From: Fibrobacteria bacterium
Lineage (GTDB): Bacteria; Fibrobacterota; Chitinivibrionia; Chitinivibrionales; FEN-1185
Assembly: GCA_037447435.1 (NCBI GenBank)
Contig: JBBIGR010000012.1
Location: 32,001 to 96,000 of the forward strand
DNA: 64,000 nt
Direction: 5' to 3'
Position numbers and translations under genes: made by a program. The notes beneath the pieces were generated by a model. It was given only the letters and a program-made list of their open reading frames with translations. It made no database searches and was not told the origin of the DNA. Of this stretch, positions 26,352 through 34,176 are shown piece after piece (position 1 is the stretch's first letter; every line of letters starts with the position of its first letter).

Positions 26352-28046
26352 TTAAAGCAAGGGAATCGTCTTATAGGTAGCAATTTTATTTCCAATTTTA
26401 ATGCGCATTATGACTGATCCGGAAGAAATTCCATTGGTCCGCGGTGACCAACGGACGGTACCTGATCCGCCGAAATCGGACCTGTGCAAAACGCCGAGGC
26501 ATTTTCCGGATATTGAAAACATTGTCAATTCAATCGGTTCGTTTCCATCTATAGTATTATAATGCAAAGTAATTATAATACATTTATTAACATATGTCCA
26601 CGTAACCGGATCAACCGCCTCGAAATTTCCGATTAATGATTTCCCTGAATTTATAGTATTGACACGATAGACATTATAATTAGGATCGTACAGCCCGGTT
26701 GCCGGAATGCTTACCATATCCGACGTATCGGCAAACACATCTTCTTCGTTGCAAACCGGCACTCCGGTATTCTCATAAAATGCCGCCAACTGATTCGGCA
26801 ATACATCATCTTCAAGCGCGAGCAAAGCAAATGTGGTGTCGACAAAACCAAATGTCGCAGCCAAAGACTTTGGCAGTTTCTGTTCAAGCGATATAATGGT
26901 TTGCGATCCGGCAATAAGCTTGGAAGTTACGGCAGAATTCAATGATGCGGATATATTTGGAACCTCAATTAACTTATAAATCATTTCACCGTTTACATAA
27001 GCACTCCATATGACCTTCGGCACAATTGGAGTTACGGTATATATATTCAGCGACCTGCCCCAGTCTATATTGGAGCTCAGTTGGGCAACATCGTTGAAAC
27101 TCATCGAAACTCCGGTACTACAAGCAGATGTTCCGTTTCCGATTGATGCAAAAATGTTAAGAGTTCCAGCTTTTTTTCCTGCGCCGAGTGTTGCTATATA
27201 CGCTTTAAGGGAATCAAGGAATTGTGATACGGCGAAATTACTCACCTTTACCAATTCTCCCGGCATGAGAACATTATCAATATTGGAAACTTCCATTGTT
27301 GTTTTTTTAGAAAGAGAATCTGTTGGAAATTGCGGTATAATAGTATTGGGTGTTCCGGAAACAGAATAAGAATAGGCTAGGACATTTTTAAATTGGACGG
27401 AATCGGTACAGGTTACGGAGGTTCCTGCGGAATTGGTGATTTTAAAGCCACTCAAACCTTCTCCTTTTTTAACCGTTACAACACCATCACTTGTAAAAGC
27501 ATACGGAAATCCCGCCTGCATGCTCCCGTTAGCCAAAGTCATGGGTACAAGATATCGAAACCGTAATCTCCTTGTTCCCTGAAAAATTACCGGAAAAATT
27601 GAAATATCGTAATTATCGTTTCCGCGATATTCTAAAATGACAGGATCCCGTGGCCGGGGCGGCACAACAGCATTTCTGTCTACAACTTGTTCATATTGCT
27701 GACGAGCGATTTCTTTCCGTTTAAGCTTAGCCTTAAGCATTTTGTCTTTATACCAAAGAATCATGCCAACGACAACAGAACCTTGATTCAAGTTTAGGTT
27801 CCCCACAATTTCCAATGAGCTGTCATATTGGGCAGGTTTAACACCATCTGCTTTAAAAATCCATTCCAAATCCACATCAAGGTAATCCCGTTGTACCGTC
27901 ACTTTCATATCTTCTTTAATTATTGTTGCAGTCCCGGTCCACGTTGCACCTTGCGTTGCTTGACTGCGAAAAATTCCATGCTGAAAACCGATAGCAAATG
28001 TTGCGGATACAAATAACAGCACAAAAACAGACGTGGAACGGATCAT
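26352..28046 (-). CDS. Secreted VIT-like domain protein with T9SS-like CTD
   Basis: Signal peptide; LEIVGNLNL..GSVVVGMILW...ARQQYEQVV...RDPVILE; C-terminal TMFSISGKCL...IMRIKIG; AAGGAGG SD. Confidence 0.65.
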   Translation of the reverse strand: MIRSTSVFVLLFVSATFAIGFQHGIFRSQATQGATWTGTATIIKEDMKVTVQRDYLDVDLEWIFKADGVKPAQYDSSLEIVGNLNLNQGSVVVGMILWYKDKMLKAKLKRKEIARQQYEQVVDRNAVVPPRPRDPVILEYRGNDNYDISIFPVIFQGTRRLRFRYLVPMTLANGSMQAGFPYAFTSDGVVTVKKGEGLSGFKITNSAGTSVTCTDSVQFKNVLAYSYSVSGTPNTIIPQFPTDSLSKKTTMEVSNIDNVLMPGELVKVSNFAVSQFLDSLKAYIATLGAGKKAGTLNIFASIGNGTSACSTGVSMSFNDVAQLSSNIDWGRSLNIYTVTPIVPKVIWSAYVNGEMIYKLIEVPNISASLNSAVTSKLIAGSQTIISLEQKLPKSLAATFGFVDTTFALLALEDDVLPNQLAAFYENTGVPVCNEEDVFADTSDMVSIPATGLYDPNYNVYRVNTINSGKSLIGNFEAVDPVTWTYVNKCIIITLHYNTIDGNEPIELTMFSISGKCLGVLHRSDFGGSGTVRWSPRTNGISSGSVIMRIKIGNKIATYKTIPLL

Positions 28047-28200
28047 ACTTACCTCCTTAAAGAAGTGAAGGGCATCATAGGGCCGATTATAAATTCGCAG
28101 GGTTTGTCTTGCTTAAATATAAAGATACGGCAAAGTATTTTGGATTGCCATTATGCGGAAAGAAAGTGTTTTCTGGTGGAAAACGCCGGTGGTTCGGGTG

Positions 28201-28482
28201 CTATGCAGGAAAAACCACTAAAAAAGCGCTATAGAGACTTAAAAAAATCATCAGCAGTTGGACAATTGAATAGACAAAAGCCCGTTTCAATCCTTTTTCC
28301 TTTTTAGAAAGAATTAATAAAATATGGCACACGATGTTTATTGACATGTGAACAAAAAACCCGACTGCTGTCCCGATGAAACAATAAAATTGCCACATCG
28401 CACGGGGAGTTGTCCAAAAAGCATAAAAAACAATACAGAACATCGCAAGCAGAATAACGTCTATAAGCAGATGTCGGCTCAT
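28201..28482 (-). CDS. Small 3-TM membrane protein, candidate immunity protein
   Basis: Three hydrophobic segments; 14 bp downstream of the 372-aa ORF on the same strand. Confidence 0.55.
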   Translation of the reverse strand: MSRHLLIDVILLAMFCIVFYAFWTTPRAMWQFYCFIGTAVGFFVHMSINIVCHILLILSKKEKGLKRAFVYSIVQLLMIFLSLYSAFLVVFPA

Positions 28483-28496
28483 TCTTTTCCGGTCGA

Positions 28497-29615
28497 TTAA
28501 TTTTTAAAAAGCCCGTCAATAGTATCGAATATTTTGTCAATAACGGAATTATCCGCTTTTGTATGCGCCGGATCAGACGGATTCGGATCCGAGGTTCCGA
28601 CAATCGTACTACCTTTATGTTTGTGGTTGTCCAACAATGCCTCGACAAATATCTTGGAGATTTCTGTTGCAATTCCAGGCACATGACGTAATATCGAAAA
28701 TATTATGTTCGAAGTCAAGGCGTGATTATCCTTTAATCGAACAGTGATATACGGCACTGCAAAAATTTCAATTTTCCCGGCAATACTTTTCATAACCGCA
28801 TCTTTATTCGTTATTGCCCCAGAAGCGTCGAATGTTGCGCTGTTCATGGATAAAAAATATCCGGCTCTGTTTTTCCAGAGGTCGGAACCGGCATCAAGAT
28901 ACGCTGTCAACGCATCGGCAAGCGACGGTTTATTCTTAAAAGCAAGATCGCATGGACCGGTAAAAGGAGGCGTTTCAGATGCGATTAAATATCCGGCCAC
29001 ATCACCTTCGAGATTTACAGAAGCGCCGTAATCATGTTCATTTGTAAAAAGAGTCTTTGCCCGCATTTTTGGGTTTGAGATTCTTTTGTACGCGAGCATT
29101 CCCGCGCCGCCGCCGATATCGCCAAGCCAAGTAGAAGTTTCAAGGCCTGTCCCCCCGGTTGGCAATGGCACGGATCTTGAGGTGAAGCTAGCACGAGCTT
29201 GAAGCCCGATTATCGTATGGCCAACATCAAGCGATCTGGAACCATCCTTTACTTCTGCACTGTTTTGTAAAGCTGCGAATAACTCCTGGCCAAGAGCGGG
29301 TCTGGGGTCGGCAGGCATCATTGAAGCGGTGAATATTTGAAATCCGTTATTTCGTGTTGTACTTTTTTCCTTTAAGAAATCCATGCTCCAGGGAGTTCCA
29401 TAATAAATGCCCCGCAACATCGAGATGCGATCGAGGATATCCGTGACACCATGATCAGTCATTTTTTGTTCGGCTACTCTAATCAAGCCAATTAACTCTT
29501 TAAAATTGCGGGCTTTTCTATAATGTGAGACTCGAATGGCGTTACCGGACAATACTTTAAATTTATCGGGTTTGGAAAATTCTATCATTACGGTTTTACG
29601 ATCGTTACCGCTCAT
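28497..29615 (-). CDS. Hypothetical enzyme-like protein, candidate effector
   Basis: Motifs LRGIYYG, DVGH.IIGL, TWLGDIG, NLEGDVAG; inside the PAAR cassette; AAAGGA SD. Confidence 0.6.
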   Translation of the reverse strand: MSGNDRKTVMIEFSKPDKFKVLSGNAIRVSHYRKARNFKELIGLIRVAEQKMTDHGVTDILDRISMLRGIYYGTPWSMDFLKEKSTTRNNGFQIFTASMMPADPRPALGQELFAALQNSAEVKDGSRSLDVGHTIIGLQARASFTSRSVPLPTGGTGLETSTWLGDIGGGAGMLAYKRISNPKMRAKTLFTNEHDYGASVNLEGDVAGYLIASETPPFTGPCDLAFKNKPSLADALTAYLDAGSDLWKNRAGYFLSMNSATFDASGAITNKDAVMKSIAGKIEIFAVPYITVRLKDNHALTSNIIFSILRHVPGIATEISKIFVEALLDNHKHKGSTIVGTSDPNPSDPAHTKADNSVIDKIFDTIDGLFKN

Positions 29616-29636
29616 TGAAAGGTCCTTTATTGTAAA

Positions 29637-31640
29637 TTAAAAAACGGCAACTCCGCTGTTCCGTTTTACCAATGCCAACTTACCCAAATGAATTCTGCGT
29701 ACTTGATTCCAATTAAAACCGATAACGCCGTATTGTTGGCCGGGTATTTGTCTAAATGTCGTTGCCGTTGCCAGAGCGGGATCCGAGGCGGGGTCGGCAG
29801 AAGGCTCATCAAAATTGGTTTTCATTTTTTCGAACAGGTCATTTTCGGAAAGTGTGCCTAAAATGCCATGTCCGATATATTTATCAACCCCTGCCTCTTT
29901 GCCGATATAAATGACATTCTCTCCCGCCCACGCGCCTTTCGGATGCTTTGCTCCGTAACGCTCGTCATTTTTATAATAAAGCCAATCCCCTTTTTTCAAT
30001 TCCGAAGTATCGGCAACAGTCACTTCGTCTATCAGCGACTCTAATCGCGGGCAAGCTAAAGATTTTGATAATATCAATCCAGGATTTAAGACGGATTGCC
30101 ATTTGAAATATTCGGAAAAAACATCTTTTCCCAATGTTTCAAGAATTCCCTTTAAATACACCGCAAGAAGCGCCATATAGCATTCCAATATGCATGGCGA
30201 ATGATAAAAAATCGAATATACCGCTTTCCATGGCAACATACCTTCCCGGAGAACGCAAATCAAAGGATTTATCGTTTTCCAAAAAATCGGATCAACGGTT
30301 GTCGTACCTCCAAAATCAATTGATTTGTTTTTCATTTCCTGAACAATGCTATTTCGTACCATTAAGACATCCAGAATCGACAGCGTTTGCGGGCCAACGC
30401 TTCCCTCTTGCAATATCGGCGCCTGCGCATGATTGTATTTTTTCTGGAAATTTACAACTGCACTTCTGGTTTCTTGACCGAAATCCCTATCGGTTTTGTA
30501 AACAGGCAACACAGTAGAATCATCTTCGAGCAGGGTGTTCTGAACTTTTCCAACACCTTCGCCGGAATCCCCTTCGCGAAGATAATATGACTTATTTCCT
30601 TTAAATGCAAATTCGAGGTTTGCGCTATGAATCATATCATTTCGCAGCTGACGCCCGTTTTTTTCTCTATCAGTATTACTTTGTTCATATATAGCATCCA
30701 AATCGTCGGGCGCATTTACAATTTTATAAGCATCCGATACTTCGAGTGCGGGACTTGGATCTTGTTCGACATTAAATGCAAGCTGTACCGGGCCCGGCGG
30801 TATGTCTAGTTCCGAAATAACCCCCGAGGAATCGATTGTTCCCTGACGTTGAGACCCGTCTGCAAATTGCAAAGTGTACGGAATATTAATCTGATCGAAA
30901 TCATTAAAATTCGTAAGATCGAGATTCAGATCGTCCTTGAATTTCAAAAAGCCACTCTCTTGTTTTTCTCCGATTCTTACACCGTCTATGATTACGATAA
31001 AAAAATATTGCACGGGAACATAGTGTTTATGATGCTTTTGACGTTCTTCTTCCGTCACAATCGATTCCGCATCACCTGTGTAATCGAATTCCCAATTAAC
31101 ATCTATTTTGTCATTTTGAATTTCTACGGGAAACGAACAATACGCTTCATGATGGCCGTCGGGATCGTATTCATACACAACCACTTTTGCTTCAGTTCCG
31201 GCAAGCGGATTGACAAATTGAACAGAAAGCGTAACGACATCACCACGGCGGACCTCATTTTTATCCCAGCACATTTTTGATATCTTGATTGGAGGTCCCA
31301 CTGGTATTGTAGACAATGAATCCGTTTTTAAACCATGTTTCGGCAGCTTGGCTTCGAATCCGATTTGAGCGCCCAACTCCACCTTTTCGGGTATCGGTAA
31401 ACTCCCGATAAATTCATTATTGTAAATTTTGCCTTTTATCGTTCCCGGCGCTTTACCCTTGGAGCTGAAACCCTTTATTTCTATGGATGAGCCTTCGGCA
31501 ACCGCATAGGTAACGACTTTGACTTGTGCATCCAGGCCGCCGTGCGCGGCTGTTGACAGCCATGAAGCCTCGACAATTTCCGAATCGAGTTTGATTTTCT
31601 CTTTTTTATCGGTTGAGACTTGATATTCGCCGTCCATCAT
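29637..31640 (-). CDS. Candidate T6SS-type effector: Ig/TTR-like scaffold, peptidoglycan-binding domain and Tgl-type protein-glutamine gamma-glutamyltransferase domain
   Basis: LREGDSGEGVGKVQ...DFGQETRSAVVNFQ...GSVGPQT (PG-binding); LECYMA, GDWLYYKN, WAGENVI, YIGHG parallel B. subtilis Tgl FECATA, GDCLYFKN, WRGENVI, YFAHG. Confidence 0.78.
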   Translation of the reverse strand: MMDGEYQVSTDKKEKIKLDSEIVEASWLSTAAHGGLDAQVKVVTYAVAEGSSIEIKGFSSKGKAPGTIKGKIYNNEFIGSLPIPEKVELGAQIGFEAKLPKHGLKTDSLSTIPVGPPIKISKMCWDKNEVRRGDVVTLSVQFVNPLAGTEAKVVVYEYDPDGHHEAYCSFPVEIQNDKIDVNWEFDYTGDAESIVTEEERQKHHKHYVPVQYFFIVIIDGVRIGEKQESGFLKFKDDLNLDLTNFNDFDQINIPYTLQFADGSQRQGTIDSSGVISELDIPPGPVQLAFNVEQDPSPALEVSDAYKIVNAPDDLDAIYEQSNTDREKNGRQLRNDMIHSANLEFAFKGNKSYYLREGDSGEGVGKVQNTLLEDDSTVLPVYKTDRDFGQETRSAVVNFQKKYNHAQAPILQEGSVGPQTLSILDVLMVRNSIVQEMKNKSIDFGGTTTVDPIFWKTINPLICVLREGMLPWKAVYSIFYHSPCILECYMALLAVYLKGILETLGKDVFSEYFKWQSVLNPGLILSKSLACPRLESLIDEVTVADTSELKKGDWLYYKNDERYGAKHPKGAWAGENVIYIGKEAGVDKYIGHGILGTLSENDLFEKMKTNFDEPSADPASDPALATATTFRQIPGQQYGVIGFNWNQVRRIHLGKLALVKRNSGVAVF

Positions 31641-31663
31641 GTATCCAAACTATTCTTCGTGTT

Positions 31664-32101
31664 TTAGGCTTGGGGCTTTAATAATAAAAAACTTGCGACG
31701 ATTTTATCAAAGTCGTTCGCTATGGTTTTTAATGTTTTTTTGGAAAATGTTCCGGTAATCACAAACGCCTTTGCTTCTTTGATAAAATAGAATTGTTTTT
31801 GGTATAAAACATAATTTTCCGCAGGAACATATTTGTAAACGACTTCCAACGCCTGGGTTCCGTCGGGGAGTTTTTTATCAACCTCGCCGAGCATTTCAAA
31901 ACCGGGCATAACCTGTTTGGGGCCGCTCAGTTGCGCTTGCGCGTAATCTTTTAATGTTGTTTCTTTTGAAATAAACGGGTCTATGAGCAGAACCAAATTA
32001 TGCTGAACGCCGCTATCATGCGGCCCTTCAAAAGTATAAACCGTCGTTTCTTTCCAACCGTCGGGAAAGGTGAGCTGAAAAAGGTTGTTGTTCATTGGCA
32101 T
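31664..32101 (-). CDS. DUF1795/DcrB-like protein (Eag-type effector chaperone family)
   Basis: FPDGWKETTVYTF...NLVL...LKDYAQAQL...LYQKQFY...VITGTF...FDKIVASF. Confidence 0.75.
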   Translation of the reverse strand: MPMNNNLFQLTFPDGWKETTVYTFEGPHDSGVQHNLVLLIDPFISKETTLKDYAQAQLSGPKQVMPGFEMLGEVDKKLPDGTQALEVVYKYVPAENYVLYQKQFYFIKEAKAFVITGTFSKKTLKTIANDFDKIVASFLLLKPQA

Positions 32102-32151
32102 TTAAATCCTGCTCCAAAATGAGAAAGCCATTTATCTGCAAAGAATCGGTG

Positions 32152-32946
32152 TTATCTGACAATTTTAATCTTACCATCAACCAAACCGACATAAATTTGG
32201 ATCTTTGTCCGGCTACCGTTCAAGCCTTCGGTTCGCCAAAGCGCGAGACCGTCTTTAAGTTTAATTTCCCAGATTCGACCTTCGCACCACTTTTTTACTA
32301 CAATGTCATCTCGTTTAAATCCTGTAAAAGGCGTTTGCGGAAAAATTTTATTCTTCATCCAATTTTCAAACCAAAGATGATTATCCGCTTCTTTTTGTTC
32401 CGGATATGCGATGTCGTAATCCAAAAGTTTGGGTTCATATAATGAATACAAGCCTTCGATGTCCCGCCTTTCAAGCAACGATCTAAACGCAATCGCCCAG
32501 TCTTTCAACGTTTCTTCATTTTCAATCGGTTTAGTTTTTATCAATCGGTTTTCAAATGAAGCAGCATCGTCACTATCGAATTCTGACGATATTTTAAACG
32601 GTACAAGATCTGCGATTTTAAGTAGCTTTACCGGATCTTCTTTTATCTCGGCAATTTTTTGTTCTAAGGTAAATCTTGAAATTATTTCTCCGGATTCGGG
32701 TCCAATCATATCGGTAGGTGAATACTTTTTTATCAACCCTTCCACTTTTATTTTGTCGAGTGTCGTCATATCCAAAGATGCAGGCATAACCTCCACTTCA
32801 ACTTTATTGGTTTTCCCAATAAGCTCGGTATTGCAAGGATATTGAACGCTTCCGACTTTTGTCGCGTTCAATTCTTCGATACTTAGTCCATTGATGCTGA
32901 TTTTGCACGTGCATGTATTGGCGGAAATTTCGATATAATAGATCAT
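32152..32946 (-). CDS. Hypothetical soluble protein, candidate immunity protein
   Basis: YYIEISANTCTCKISINGL...YPCNTEL N-terminus, resembling proteins seen in toxin/immunity loci; position within the cassette. Confidence 0.55.
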   Translation of the reverse strand: MIYYIEISANTCTCKISINGLSIEELNATKVGSVQYPCNTELIGKTNKVEVEVMPASLDMTTLDKIKVEGLIKKYSPTDMIGPESGEIISRFTLEQKIAEIKEDPVKLLKIADLVPFKISSEFDSDDAASFENRLIKTKPIENEETLKDWAIAFRSLLERRDIEGLYSLYEPKLLDYDIAYPEQKEADNHLWFENWMKNKIFPQTPFTGFKRDDIVVKKWCEGRIWEIKLKDGLALWRTEGLNGSRTKIQIYVGLVDGKIKIVR

Positions 32947-33032
32947 AATTATTCCTATTTAGCAAAAGCCTGAAGCTATTTCATTTTTGGTATGCGAATA
33001 GCCAGTTCAGTATCCTTTCGAAATAATTTCGG

Positions 33033-34079
33033 TCAAAGTAGGATTCCCAACAAATTAAAATTAGAAAGATTTTTCGCGTCTTCCAAGTCAAATGGATCCA
33101 AAGCACACTCCTTGACATTTGAGGGATTGTAATACACCTGAACCAAATCTCCCTTTTTCAGCTGCGTCCATCGGTCTCGAAGTTCTTTTCCAGAAATACG
33201 ACCGCCTATTAGGATTGAATGCCCAACGTATTTGGTGCCATTTACAACAAATGTGTACTCCATGAGCTCTCTGGTGAGATCGGATTCTGTAATTTGTCCT
33301 TGAACCGAGGGCCATGTTTGTGCCAATTTTGCTTTTTCAATCAGCATTTTCCCTTCATTTCTCATAAAGAAACGATAACCGATGGGCAGTAGCATGATTG
33401 CAACCAACCCGATTAGGATGGGAATCCAGCCGAACCTATTTGCCTGTTCCGTATTGACAATGCTTTGCACTGCAGATGTGACTAGAATAACGGAAATTAT
33501 AAGAGTCACACAAAAAATTAGTCGTATGGCAAACGTGCAGATCGGGTCAAGAAGCATATCTTTAGGTAAGATGTCTGAAAGATAGTTGAATCGTGCTAGA
33601 TTTTCGAAGGGTTCATAGTCTTCGGATGGATTTAAGAGACAATTCGATGGGTTCTGTGGATCATAAAAAACCCGAATTTGTTTTCCTGTTGGATATGTTT
33701 CAATAATGGCCTTGATCTCGGCCGCATCCGGCCTGTCTGATCCGGAGAGGACCGCAGACAATCGATATCCGGTATATCCATTACCTTTTACAGCAAATCT
33801 GTACTCAACATCAGGATAGTATATTGTTTCCGGTTCATTCCGCCGTAGCGACATATTGTAATGAAAGCCGTCGACTCTTTTCACATTTGAGCGGACGATC
33901 GTTCCTTCTGCCGAAGGCCACAGGCGGCTAGCATTTTGTCTTTGCACTAATCCTTGGCCAGTCTTCCTTACCATTTTGGCAAAGAAATAAAATACCAGCA
34001 GCAGAACCAAACCAAAGACTATCCCCCAAATCCAACTTCGCCCGGCAAATAGTTCGGAAATCATTTTAGATAATTCCAT
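33033..34079 (-). CDS. Membrane protein with two tandem DUF3592 domains
   Basis: WPSAEGTIVRS...EYRFAVKG..Y...VFYDPQNP and WPSVQGQITES...EYTFVVNG..Y...VYYNPSN; three TM segments; start uncertain (34064-34139). Confidence 0.8.
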   Translation of the reverse strand: MELSKMISELFAGRSWIWGIVFGLVLLLVFYFFAKMVRKTGQGLVQRQNASRLWPSAEGTIVRSNVKRVDGFHYNMSLRRNEPETIYYPDVEYRFAVKGNGYTGYRLSAVLSGSDRPDAAEIKAIIETYPTGKQIRVFYDPQNPSNCLLNPSEDYEPFENLARFNYLSDILPKDMLLDPICTFAIRLIFCVTLIISVILVTSAVQSIVNTEQANRFGWIPILIGLVAIMLLPIGYRFFMRNEGKMLIEKAKLAQTWPSVQGQITESDLTRELMEYTFVVNGTKYVGHSILIGGRISGKELRDRWTQLKKGDLVQVYYNPSNVKECALDPFDLEDAKNLSNFNLLGILL

Positions 34080-34176
34080 TCTGCAAACGTATAAACGGCA
34101 TATCAATGATTTTTTCGTTCTTGTCAGACATATTAGCAATTGCGAGCATAGTTACCTTATTTTTTTGGCAAAACGA

